Positions 51,107 through 64,000 of a DNA stretch of 64,000 nucleotides are shown here, piece after piece. Numbering within the stretch: position 1 is the stretch's first letter; each line of letters starts with the position of its first letter. Under the pieces are notes generated by a model. The model was given only the letters and a program-made list of their open reading frames with translations, ran no database searches and was not told the origin of the DNA. The position numbers and the translations under genes were made by a program. Source of the stretch: Pecten maximus (taxonomy: Eukaryota); NCBI RefSeq assembly GCF_902652985.1, contig NC_047015.1, positions 55,428,001-55,492,000 on the forward strand. Direction: 5' to 3'.

Positions 51107-54100
51107 ATTGTCTTAACAACAGACTTAATGAAAGGTGTGTACGGAGGCCCTGTCATAATAAAAAAGATGGGGGAAAAATAATTTTAAAATACACAAAAAT
51201 GAAGTCCTTTTATAATGAAGGTGTGTATGGAGACCCTGTCATAATAAAAAAAATGAAAAAAAAATTGAAAAAAAAAAAATTTCAAGATACACAAAAATGA
51301 AGTCCTAGTATAATGAAAGGACTAGCAGATCTTGAATGGTCTGAGGGTGACTTTTGATGCTGGTAGTAATGAATTTTTTGACATTTAAGCTCATATTAGT
51401 CGCCTTGTATAGTCATGCAGTGGGTTTAAGCAGGCCAATTATATTCCTATATCATAAAACCTGCAGGGGATTTTAGCCAAGGTGATAGGTTGTCACATCT
51501 AGATTATAATTAAAAATTCTCCTCCCTGTGGCTTTTCCCTTGCTATGTATGTAGTACAATATGGTAGCGATCGTTGACTGGGGTATAGTTTACGAGGTGT
51601 TGGGAGTCATGTAAATATTTTCGCCACATTAGAATCCCTTCTATATTAAGTAGAGGTGTTGTAGAGTCATAACCATTTGTCCGGGTCCAAGAATCTGAAC
51701 ATTGGTATTTGCTATTGGCTCTCTATGATCATTTGAGGTTAACACTAAATTACTGCTTCAGCCTGGATCAGGATCCCACTAAGGAAGTCAAGACATTAGT
51801 ATTACCCCTAGCTAATCATCAACATTCTGGACATTCTCTGCAGAGAAAATGTTGGTAAACTCTGTCCATAGTTCTCAACACTTCAAAGCACAATCACCTC
51901 TTCTATGAAAAAAAAAATGCTATATTTTTTTTTCTCATGTGTTAGTGTACCTGCGAGAATTCAGGATTTAAAATAAATGGAATAAGTCTGGCACCAAACC
52001 TTATCACAGAGTCCATAATTCATAAACTAAACAATTTGCCCAGAGTTCTCAAAGTCAAATATTTGTGGAAATAGCCAATAGAGTTTCTTCCCCAGGAAAC
52101 AAATTTTGTTTGCAGGGGGTCTGAAGTAACTGAATTTCGGTAGGTCGCCATCCAGCTGTTCAAATGGCTTAGAGACCTTTAATACTAGCCTATAGGACCG
52201 TCCAACTCTCTATTCCTCAACAGTGAACCTCGACTCCACCGGATCCAAAGTCTGCCTGCTTTTATCCATTAATACAGTGTATAAATACGAGAGAGGAAGT
52301 CCAACTAGGGAATGTATTTATACAGCGTATAAAACCCTTCGTATGAAAATATTTCATGAAGTAAACAACAATTGATATACGTTAGTGCTGTGAACATTTC
52401 CTATGTATTTAAACTCAGGATTAGTGCCATAAAATTTGAAATAAATCTAGTTTATATTACCTTATTTGGATACACCAATTATGAACGACTATTCTAATAC
52501 CATAAATAATCTCTTTATTGGGTCTGAAACGAATAAAATGCGTTTTAAGTCCGAGGATAAATTTTGTATGTATGAGGTAACACGCTATGCGTGGATGCGA
52601 ATTTCCATATTAATTTACTTCGAAGATAGCTCAAGTTATGACCCGCTACGCTTGTTTTATTGTTCCAAATTAAGCCCAATTCTCATGTCACGAATATAAT
52701 TGAAATACAAATTCAAAATGAACTGCTTTCTTATTGTGGCCTGGCTGTGTGTGAAGTTAATTAACGCTATTCCTGTTCATTGAAATGTTTATTGTGAATG
52801 TTGTGTAACGTGTTATGCTAATACTCTATACATTCAAGATTTAGATAACGAGGTCACGCGAGTTTGATGTAAATAAACTATATCACTTCCATTCAGGACT
52901 GGTTTTAACTTTTTCTCTAAAGAAAAAAAATTGCAATTAACTGATTTTTACAAGACAATTATTATTCCAGTTTTGAGTTTACAATAAATTTTCTTAAGAA
53001 CTTTTCTCAATTCTAAGAGATCAGCATTAAGAATGATTTGAATATATTTTGCTTATATGTTAAATGGTTTTGTACATGTGTTCCTGTGTTGAAAGTTTGT
53101 AGTCCTATAAGTTTGAATTGGTTGGGAAAGTTTCTATTCTGACTGATTCCGCTTGTTGTAAATTTGTACGACCTACTTTTGTTGTTTTTGCCTTGGTTTA
53201 TGTAATGCTATGTGGAGTTTACCTAACAAGCTATGTGAAAAATGTAGCGTGAAATCAATTTTTCTAATTAGCAGCATATGAATACAGGCAGGAATATGCT
53301 GTGGAGTCCTGGGTGGGAAAATCAGTTTACATTACAATGGGGATTCCAGACCAAAGTTAGGCAGCACACATATTAATTACTGGAAAGGTCAAATGCAAGG
53401 TCACTAAAGGTCATTGCAAAAAGATTGACACAGTCTCCCGGGGGAGATACACATCTTTAAGATGGGATTCCCAAATCGCATAACTGCACTGATAAGAGGA
53501 TATAGGCACGACTTTCACAGACGACATGGGGAGAAATTGTAGCTTGACATGACATTGGTAGAAAGTGTAGCTTGACATCGGGAGAAATCGTAGATCGGAG
53601 GACCATGAAAATGAATAAGCATTATTACCATATCTGTCAGTCATGACAAGATTGTCTCCCTTTGAGGTAGATTGAGTTTCAAATGTTATGGTTTATCTTC
53701 ACTAGCTTAAATAGGAAAATATATACTGTCAATGTGGTTATTTTTGTGGGGGATTTATTTTGCGATTTCTATATTACGTGTTGGGGTAATTTTCACGATC
53801 GATCCATTCATTTGTAGCTTGAGATTAGGCAAATTGATATCAAAGAAGATGCGTTGGGGAAATTTTCGCAATCAAAAGGACTCCACGTAATTAGCGTAAA
53901 TTTTTCACATTTACATTACAACACAAATGACGGAAGGAAGACAATTTTATGACTCATGCCCTGATCAGGCTTCAAATTCATGATCTACAGCACCTGATCA
54001 CCTAGCCAGAAATACCTGTATCTTAAACCACTAGACCACATCCATGTTTTTAAAAAGGAACGCTTTAATGGCACACAGTGATAGTCAGCCTAATACCTTG

Positions 54101-54934
54101 ACATGATCAAAGTTACAAATTGTCTATTTGATGATATGAATTCCTGGATAGCAATGTATATGCATATATGTATGTGATTGTACACAAAATATTACATATA
54201 TTCAACAGTATTCATATATATCAAGATATGTATTTATATTTATTAATATTCATTGAGTACAACTACGACAGGAAATTTCAATCTTCACCTTCGGATCACC
54301 AACACATTGTGTATATGATACATTGTGCTAAATATTTGATATGTAACTTAGTATCACAATTGACGAAGGAAGACAACTTTATGACTCGTGCCCTGACCGG
54401 GCCTCAAACTCACGATCTACGATACCCAATCGCCTAGCCAGAAATACCCACAGCTTATACCGCTGCGCCACATCGGCCTTCTTGATAAAGAACGTTTCAT
54501 TGGTGCAGTGATAGTCGACCTGAAATCCTTAATGGTCATTGTGGAAGTCGTCTATAAGATGATATGAATACCTGGATCGAAATGTATTTACATACATGGA
54601 TCAGAATTGTACATATATTATAAACATTTCTCTCGGTACAACTATGACAGGAAATTCAAATCTTTATCTTCAGATCACCAACACATAGTGCATATGATAC
54701 ATTGTGCTAAATATTTGATATGTAACGTAGTAGCACAATTGACGAAGGAAGACAACTTTATGTATATTTATATATATATATATGCGTATACTGATATTAT
54801 TTATCTGTGGTAACAAAGGAAGCATTTTGTTGAGTACAGCCCTGACTAACTTTGAAGAACAATTAATGTTTTCCTGATAAGAGAGAGTCGCACCAACCCA
54901 TCCCACAAACCTTTCTTGTGATTTTTAAAAGTGG
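51106..54934. repeat. Segmental direct repeat, copy B (~3.83 kb)
   Basis: Matches copy A at an offset of ~5.86 kb, with scattered substitutions and small indels. Confidence 0.97.
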
Positions 54935-55507
54935 CAGACAAAATTAAGTGTATAGGTGCATGTTACAGAGCTTTATTGCATGTAGCGATGTCATAACACA
55001 ATCCCATAAAACCCACTTCACTTTGATTTGGAAATAAATGTAGCAATTATTGATATATAATGAAAGAGACAGTGAATTGATAGGTTTGTGTCGGCATTAA
55101 GACGATACAGGAGGCTGATTAGGCTGTGTGATTGCATGTTGAGTTTGAATTACAGATACCTGTGTGACTTAGTGATGGTTGAAACCCTCGAGGACAGACG
55201 GTTATGTCCTGAGACAAAGTCTACCTGGTTTTAACTGCTAGATCAAGTAAATTACAGTCTGGTGGGTGGTTTGAGTAAATGTAGATAAAAGTCTGGATCT
55301 CTGAGATGTTTTAAATGCAACTTGTTTTTGATTTGTTGCCTAAACAACTACTTTTTTTATTCGGTTGTTTTGTAAAAGTGATCTTTTTATAATCCGTCTG
55401 CGTTATTTGAGGGGCCTTTTTGTATACTGTCCGTAAAACATCCTGGTAAGACCTTGCATTCCAATCTATTAGTATGACATCTGGGTCAATTACCTTGGTC
55501 CATATTC

Positions 55508-56258
55508 CACCACCATTTGAACAGTAAAACCTTGTTATAATGCCACCATTTGTCAAGTAAAACCTTGTTATACTGCCACCATTTGTCCAGTAAAACATTG
55601 TTATACTGCCATTATTTGTCAAGTAAAACCTTGTTATACTGCCACCATTTGTCAAGTAAAACCTTGTTATACTGCCACCATTTGGCCAGTAAAAGCTTGT
55701 TATAATGCCACCATTTGTCCAGTAAAACCTTGTTATACTGCCACCATTTGTCCAGTAAAACATTGTTATACTGCCACCATTTGTCCAGTAAAACCATGTT
55801 ATACTGCCACCATTTGTCAGTGAAACCTTGTTATACTACCACCATTTGTCCAGTAAAACCTTGTTATACTGTCACCATTTGTCCAGTAAAACCTTGTTAT
55901 ACTACCACCATTTGTCCAGTAAAACCTTGTTATACTGCCACCATTTGGCAGTAAAACCTTGTTATACTGCCACCATTTGTCCAGTAAAAGCTTGTTATAC
56001 TGTCACCATTTGTCCAGTAAAAGCTTGTTATACTGTCACCATTTGTCCAGTAAAACTTGTTATACTGCCACCATTTGTCAGTAAAACCTTGTTATACTGC
56101 CACCATTTGTACAGTAAAACCACCATTTGTCAGTAAAACCTTGTTATATTGCCACCATTTTTCCAGTAAAACCTTTTTGTAATGCCACCATTTGTCCAGT
56201 AAAACCTTGTTATATTGCCACCATTTGTCCAGTAAACCTTGTTATACTGCCACCATTT
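55508..56258. repeat. Minisatellite, 33-bp unit, same family and orientation as 34431-35590 (array 2)
   Basis: CAGTAAAACCTTGTTATACTGCCACCATTTGTC tandem copies. Confidence 0.97.
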
Positions 56259-56780
56259 ATCTATTTGATAGTTTATGAAGGGCAACCAAAATAAAGGTTT
56301 TGCTTTTTCTATTCAACTACTGGGTATATGCTATCATGAATGTCAATACACTTTTTTCTTCAGATTATTATGTTAAAACATGGATGATACAAGTTTCCTC
56401 CTTTTCGATAGTAATATACCTAGGATGTGTCTTCACATATGCCATCAACTGCACTTTTTGCATTGCATCTATCAGCTCTCGGTCACAGATGTCGGCCCTA
56501 CCCTAGAGAAAGTGTGGTCCCTATTATCCCATTAACGTAATACAATTAGGATAATTGTACTAATGCTTTGTGTGTCTGTAGGGTGTGTGGAGGGGGTGTT
56601 GTATTCTCCAAAGTATGTGGTACGTACCACTACCATGCCAACATGTTTATTAGGGGAGACAACTCCATCATTCTCTAATACAATTATTAAGTGTGAGGTG
56701 ATATCAATGTATAGTGTTGGTGTCTTTTAATGATATTAATTGATTAAGATACCCATCAACCAGGGACCATCCTAACATTG

Positions 56781-57600
56781 TATTAATGGGACATAGGGGA
56801 CAATACCGAACTAAACTAGGGGCCGTATTAATGGGACAATACCGAACTAAACTAGGGGCCGTATTAATGGGACAATACCGAACTAAACTAGGGGCCGTAT
56901 TAATGGGACAATACCGAACTAAACTAGGGGCCGTAACTAAACTAGGGGCCGTATTAATGGGACAATACCGAACTAAACTAGGGGCCGTATTAATGGGACA
57001 ATACCGAACTAAACTAGGGGCCGTAACTAAACTAGGGGCCGTAACTAAACTAGGGGCCGTATTAATGGGACAATACCGAACTAAACTAGGGGCCGTATTA
57101 ATGGGACAATACCGAACTAAACTAGGGGCCGTATTAATGGGACAATACCGAACTAAACTAGGGGCCGTATTAATGGGACTATACCGAACTAAACTAGGGG
57201 CCGTATTAATGGGACAATACTGAACTAAACTAGGGGCCGTATTAATGGGACAATACTGAACTAAACTAGGGGCCGTATTAATGGGACAATACTGAACTAA
57301 ACTAGGGGCCGTATTAATGGGACAATACCGAACTAAACTAGGGGCCGTATTAATGGGACAATACTGAACTAAACTAGGGGCCGTATTAATGGGACAATAC
57401 TGAACTAAACTAGGGGCCGTAACTAAACTAGGGGCCGTATTAATGGGACAATACTGAACTAAACTAGGGGCCGTATTAATGGGACAATACTGAACTAAAC
57501 TAGGGGCCGTAACTAAACTAGGGGCCATATTAATGGGACAATACTGAACTAAACTAGGGGCCGTATTAATGGGACATATGGGATAATACTGAACTAAACC
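56781..57600. repeat. Minisatellite, 36-bp unit GTATTAATGGGACAATACCGAACTAAACTAGGGGCC with 18-bp deletion variants
   Basis: Direct reading; source of the RYCPINTAPSLV ORF. Confidence 0.97.
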
Positions 57601-57601
57601 A

Positions 57602-57897
57602 GGGACTGTGATAGCCCAGTCGGTTAGAGCTTCACCGACCACGTAATCACAGGTGACGACTTGATGTGTATGATTCGATGCTCCATACATGTCTCAGTTT
57701 GTGTTCTCGGGAAGCTGAGAAACAGACCGGTCTGTGCTGTCACAGTTGTGTCCTTGTTCAAGACACTTTACCCTAATTGCTCTGGATTGCATACCACAGG
57801 TTACTTATTATTGATCAGTGAGGTATTCACCAACTACTACATGGAGACCCTGTTTCAAAATGACCTTGGCTGTTCATGGTGCGATAAACAAACAAAC
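57602..57897 (+). mobile_element. tRNA-derived SINE, apparently full length
   Basis: A-box TAGCCCAGTCGG (~57612), B-box-like GATTCGATGC (~57672), central GTTGTGTCCTTGTTCAAGACACTTTACCCTAATTGC (resembles conserved SINE central domains), (AAAC)n tail; second copy at 12130-12494. Confidence 0.85.
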
Positions 57898-60800
57898 GGA
57901 ACTTAACCAAGATCAAGGGGAGACAACTCAGACAGATACTTGTATGGATGGCTTGTATCCTACATAGATTTTCGCATCAAAGAGTCTACATTGTGGACAG
58001 CGTGTACACTGCCTTTCAGAAATATGCATAAAATGGCACCCACGGTATAGAAACATACCTAATGAAGTCTAACAATTGAAAACGAACAAAACCTTCCTAG
58101 AAGTAATTGCGAACAATACGGAAAGCTACATACAAGCTTTTGGACGGCCATAATAGCAAAATGCGTGTTGCTTTTGGTATTGTATAAAAATTTACAAATG
58201 CTTGTTCGTATTTTCAAACGATCATAATTACTCTTTGTCAGCAATGTATCGATCATCTTTAAGCTTTTGAGGCTTCAAGGTGAAAACTGAAGTATGATGA
58301 CATGATATGACCTTGAAAGAGACACAACAGCTTAATTGATATTCATAAAAGTCGTCACCAACCTGAGCCAAATTGCTTGTTTATTGATTCCTGACAATAG
58401 AGTAGAAATATATCGCCATTTATATGATAGAGAGTGCAATATCAATGTTGACAGCCAGATTTTATATCCGTAGTGATATTCTCCGCTCTTCACATCAAAG
58501 AGGCATGATTTTCACAAATTTTTTTGGATGATCTTTTTAATAACGATTGTCAATTAAAGTCAAGCGACAGATTGCCCTTTTTCTTTTACACCAAGGGTTT
58601 AAACAAATTGGCACGCTGCAAGCTAATAGTGGTTTTTGATTAATGTTCATGTATCAAGGTTGTGAAGATAACTTTGAAACCGATTATTTTGGATTGAAGG
58701 GAAACCATCATTACTACAGCTGTTTGATCTGTGAAATAAAACCTTATAAAGAATTATCCGTTTTGATTTCTGTGATGTTGCATGTAACCCTTTACAGTAT
58801 TAGAGAATCAACAAGACCCCCCCCCCCCCCCCCCAAAAAAAAAGAAGAAGACAATTGATTGAGAAAATTCATGCCAGCTGTCTTCAAATTTTATGAGAAG
58901 TGGTTGTCTTATCATTTTTATAGCGATAAAAATTCTTATATTTCAAAGTGAATTACAATTTTCAACTTGCACGAAAACACAGATAATTTTATCACAATGT
59001 GACAGAAAATCAAACTTATGTAAAATGTAAAAATGTAAAAAATTGTAATTAAAAAATGTAGAAATTTTAAAACAAAGGCATGTTTTAAAATTTTTACAGA
59101 CATCTGAAACCCAGTCTTCAGGGGAAGTTCACAGAATTGATTAAATTGAGTAAAATTTAACATCGTTTAAAACTGCAAATTTTATTTCACCTGTTGGGAT
59201 ATATTGCAAGTTTACACATTGGAAAAGGATCTTAGAAAACATCATTTTCTTTTAAATGTCGGGGAAACACAAGTTCACAGACATGAGTAGATTGTTAAAG
59301 GATCGTTAGTAAATGTATTAATTTTCGTTTACCTGTCGAGAAACCAAGTTCACAGACAAATAGACAATGACTCGAGAGGTTTGTAAGGTGAAGGCATAAA
59401 TCATCGTTTTATAATCTTTGTTAGTCAGTTAGAGGAAGTAAACTCGGACATTAAACAAATAAATGAAACCTAGTTATTGTTCGGCTTCAGGTTTTATGAG
59501 CTATAAACAATTGATTGATATTGTAATGTTTTGTTCATGTAAATTATCACAAAAAACGTATTGTTCTGTAAATTATGTATTTGTGGCGACATCTCCCTGA
59601 CGTACGATTAGGTGTAACGATTTCACAGATAGGCTTTTTTCGTAATAAATATTTAAAACTTGGACATCTACAAGACATTATTAAAGATTTGTGTTTGGAC
59701 TGAATTATTCATTAAGATATAATTCTTAATGTAATTTTTTCAGAATTTTAAAATTTTGTTTTTTATTATTAAAGATTTAGTTTCGACTTAATTATTAATT
59801 AAGATATATTTCTTCATGTAATTTTTCAGAATTTTTATTATTAAATTTTTTTTTTTTCACACTATGATTTTAAATTCCTATACATTGACATTTGGTTTAT
59901 TTGCTTTGAATCTTTTTCTTTTTCTCTTTTTCTTTGATATATTTGATGAAATTTTTACCTAATCTGATCATCAAGCTATTAATTTCGACAGAACGAATCA
60001 TTCATGATGATTAATATCCTCTGAACAAAGGTCTTTCTCGTATGTGAACAATTAAATCAATTTATCTATGTGATGGCAAGTTTTTATGTGGAGGCAAATT
60101 ATAAGGCAGGGTCTAATTTCTCGGGGAAACATTTGATCTTTAAAATTTCCGATGTCTTACTTTCTGTGTAATTCATTCAAGATACGGCCATGTTGCTTCA
60201 CAGACATGATATCATGGCTTTATTTGTGATTTGATTTGTGCCTGGATAGCTAACTATCTCCACATGTCTTTATTTAATCCAAATTACACATTTATAATTT
60301 AATATAAACTCCTCTACCATGGGAAAGCACAGCTTATGTACTTCTGTGGCACACCAGGACTCTTATCAATCTTGGTCTAGTCTTTCGGGAATAGCTTGTT
60401 ACTAGTAGAGTCATAGGTGGCCTTGTTTTTCTGTTGACTTTCATGTACAGTTTTTCAAACTTTAATTCTAAGGATACACTCTCTTTTTTCAATATTTCCT
60501 TTATTGTTTTATTTTTTCATTCTTTGTTGATAAAAAAAAAAGGATAAATTTTAAAATTGGAAAGAAGGCTTCTTATACACGAGAGCAATGTCTCTTCAAG
60601 CTTTGAGGAGTTATCTCCCCTTCAATGCCGTGTTAATGCAAGTATTCTGATGTGTCTTGGGTTTTAAATTTTCAAGTGACATTGAAATTTTCTTGGAGTA
60701 TTATTAAGCTTTTCTTAAGTTTGTCAGAGAAGAAACAAGGAAATTTTAAATAGCCTTCATCAATTAAAACCCCTCAAGATCTTATTTGATTTGTAGGTTA

Positions 60801-60980
60801 TTCTTGAACTAAATCAGGTTTGAAAAAAAATCATTTCCACACAGTGCGCTCCTCCCATATACCAATTATAGTTTATGGCTCTGTATATGATTGAAAATAA
60901 TTTACATCAATTGAAAATAATCTATATCGAAACCTTTCTGATCCAACATTATTTAGATAAAATAAATTCAACACTATCGA

Positions 60981-61401
60981 CATAAAACCCTGTCTAACCT
61001 GACATGTTGCTAAAAAGTCATTTGTAATAAGAATTACCAAACAAATCCAGTGTATTCTGATATCTCCCCTATTCTGACCAATACATCCTACTAGATGTCA
61101 GATTAGACAGGGTTCACTGTGTATTCTGACATCTCCTCTATTCTGACCAATACATCCCACTAGATGTCAGATTAGACAGGGTTCACAGTAGCTCTCGGAT
61201 ATCTCCTCTATTCTGACCGATACATTCCACTAGATGTCAGATTAGACAGGGTTCACTGTGTAGCTCTCGGATATCTCCTCTATTCTGACCGATACATTCC
61301 ACTAGATGTCAGATTAGACAGGGTTCACTGTGTAGCCTTCTGATATCTCTATTCTGACCAATACATTCCACTAGATGTCAGATTAGACAGGGTTCACTGT
61401 G
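60981..61401. mobile_element. MITE remnant whose right end is tandemly repeated 5 times (~70-bp unit)
   Basis: AACCCTGTCTAACCTGACA (60986-61004) is the near-perfect inverse of TGTCAGATTAGACAGGGTT, which recurs five times followed by CACTG/CACAG. Confidence 0.75.
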
Positions 61402-62780
61402 TCGCTGATTTTTCCATTTTAACAAAATCAACATAGTACAATTCTGAAAAGTTGTTTTATTTCTAAATTTTCCAAGTTAATTTTCAACCCAATTATGCAA
61501 TAAAAATGCAGATTACCTTTTATGTGGATTAATCAATATTTTTTTTTCTTTTAAAGTTCTCTCCGGAATTTTTTTTATTTGTTTCTACATGAACAGTGAC
61601 AAAAACAAAATGTCTTATGCACTTCAGATTTTTTTTACTAGTTCCCCACTGCTGAAGATTTTATCATTGTGCCGGTCTTTTAGAAGTAAGAAACTTCCTA
61701 TGATATGTGTGAGTGTGTGTTGACTTACCTCATCAGCAAGATTTGTCACTGATACGGAGGCTGTGACAGGTGCAAAGGGATGGCTCAATCCAAATCTATT
61801 CCTCTATCAACACAGTCATATATCACCCCACAGTCTCAGAGGAAAACGTCATCCTCATTCAACTTAGAAAACAGCTCTGGACCGTCTCAATGCCAGCGTA
61901 GATCACTTCTCAATCTCCAAAAAATGTGCCTCCTGACATTTGATTTATCAAAAATTGTTGAAAAAACAGTGAGATTTATCAAAAACTGATGTTGTTTGGG
62001 GAGACTTATCAAAATTGATATTAAACAGTTAGATTTCATAAGAAAAGTTTTAGGTAGGAAGCCGTGTGAATATCTATGGAGATGTACGTTTTCTCCTGTA
62101 TGTTGTAAAGTGGGGTGTGCTATATAGCCCAGCTTAAAGTCATTTTGTCTGGTCTCCTAATTACTGTATATATCACATTATCACGGCCCTTAGGGATCTA
62201 CAAGTTCCCATGGAAATTATTTCTACAAATATACATCATCCCACAAGTTTTTATCCATAACTGAGTTGTATACATGTGTGTCTGATGGAGCCAATGAAAT
62301 CTCGTCATTCTTAAGTGCGTACATATGGCATGTTTTAAGTTCAAACAGACCCGGTTTAGCACATAGACCTCAGTACTTTATTTCGCATTAGGGTTCACTG
62401 TATAAACTAGATATTCTTCAGTTCGGTGCCTGGTATAACAAGACTTTTGTAGTAGCCGAATGACAGTTATGCTTTTTGGAGCCTGTTTCTGTAGATTTGT
62501 AAACTCTGTACGACTTTATGACCCTGGGTGCTTGTGATAAGGACAGGATGTTGGTGGTTTGAATTCACCTCCAGTGGCAGATATAGGTTTTTTGTCAGGA
62601 TTTCTTCAAATTGTGTTTATAATGATGAAATTGTACTCGTAAACATATATACTACACATTCCTGAACTCGGGTCACATTTCACCTCAAGATTTGTTTTTC
62701 TTTGAGAATTTGCATCAACACAACCTTGTTACAATGGATCCGATAGTTGATCAGATCTGATTAGCACATATTTCATGTAC

Positions 62781-63099
62781 GTTATAGACAGGTTTCTCTA
62801 TTATGACAAGTTCACTATAAACAGGTTTATCTACTATATCAAGTTCATTATAGATAGGTTTTCTCATTTTGACAAATTCTTCATTGTAGACAGGTTTCTA
62901 TATTATTACAAGTTCGTTATAGACAGGTTTATCTACTATGACAAGTTCATTATAGACAGGTTTTCTCATTTTGACATATTCTTCATTGTAGACAGGTTTC
63001 TATATTATTACAAGTTCATTATAGACAAATTTCTCTATTATGACAAGTTCACTATAGACAGGTTTCTCTATTATTACAAGTTCATTATAGACAGGTTTT
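62781..63099. repeat. Minisatellite, 33/36-bp unit TTATAGACAGGTTTCTCTATTATGACAAGTTCA
   Basis: About 9 degenerate copies. Confidence 0.9.
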
Positions 63100-64000
63100 T
63101 CTGCAGTCAATACATGTTACAGACAAGTATCATTTTACCTGCATGTGTTGCCAGCTTATGTCCATAATACACAGGTTTTACATTCAACAGATGTTCTCTG
63201 TAGACAGGTCTCTCAAAGAACCAACAAGAATCTCTTACATGTAGCCCTCTTTGCTTTCATTAAAACAGAAACTGTAATGCTGTTAGCCTCCCAGTCAACA
63301 TTTTTCATTCCTTCCTCATTTCATATTTCAATAATAGACAGGTTTTGCTTGAGCTCTGCGAGGATCTTGCCAATGCTTATTTTCTGCATCACTGAGTAAT
63401 TTTAAAAATGAAAAAGGGTGGTGATTTCAAAATATAATGAACATTGTTTGTCATCGTGTCGTGTCATTAAAACAAGCTAAAATTCCTCCATAGACAAAAA
63501 CAATACACCCTCTGCTTATAATAAGCTTAATGCCCAGCTAGCCATATTTAGAATAAGGAGATTGGCTTATTACATGGCAATAAGCTAGCAATTGTCATAT
63601 TTATACTGAACTTTTTGTAGCGTTGGAAAGCTTTATAATAAATATAATGGGACAGAGGAAATACTATGTAATGTCCGAAATTTGTAATAGGATCTTAAAA
63701 TATCATTAAAATTGGTTCAAATTCTGGGATTTTCACTGAATTTATAAGAAGCAGAAAATTTCATAAAGTTGTACAAAAGTTTTTACTGTAAATGACGGTA
63801 TCTTTGTTGATTTTATTTGTTTAGCAATAAAAGAAAAACAATCCAACTCCTGTGTATGATCATTGAATTAAACTCTGGACATACACAGGGTCTGTAGATG
63901 TATGAATTGCTGTATTTAACCCAGTAAGGGCCCTGTTTCCTTATAAAAAGACTGATTTCTCCTTAATGTGCTGACTATAGAATCAGGTTTTTTCAGATTT

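Noticed and set aside
45244-54934. LTR retrotransposon reading of the long direct repeats
   Set aside because: No TG...CA termini, PBS, PPT, TSD or gag/pol; the interior is a satellite with a Helentron-type end.
56704-57690. 328-aa RYCPINTAPSLV repeat ORF
   Set aside because: Units of 36 and 18 bp preserve frame trivially, and the ORF start lies in the antisense strand of a SINE.
62448-62590. Possible additional tRNA-derived SINE head (TAGCCGAATG...GGTTTGAATTC)
   Set aside because: Too degenerate, box spacing is long, and no second copy in the window confirms it.

Overview
Eukaryotic, AT-rich, almost entirely non-coding DNA. The repeat repertoire (tRNA-derived SINEs, non-autonomous Helentron-like elements with a 145-bp internal satellite, CAGT-ended TA-flanked MITEs, many minisatellites) suggests a bivalve mollusc, possibly a scallop; this is an inference. 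Only one credible protein-coding sequence is present: an uninterrupted minus-strand ORF (ATG 23373 to stop 21919, 484 aa) for a BTBD17/LGALS3BP-like BTB-BACK protein with a long low-complexity tail. Its 5' leader carries three upstream ATGs, one opening a uORF that overlaps the start. Nearly all other ORFs in the track are by-products of tandem repeats. The main structural oddity is a ~3.8-kb direct duplication (45244-49117 / 51106-54934) enclosing the 3' half of a Helentron-like element. Also notable are several minisatellites that appear to derive from MITE terminal repeats, a tandem unit carrying tRNA-like Pol III heads, and a compact box C/D-like motif. No CRISPR, rRNA or intact autonomous transposon was found. 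I cannot support a clearly new multi-gene system here.
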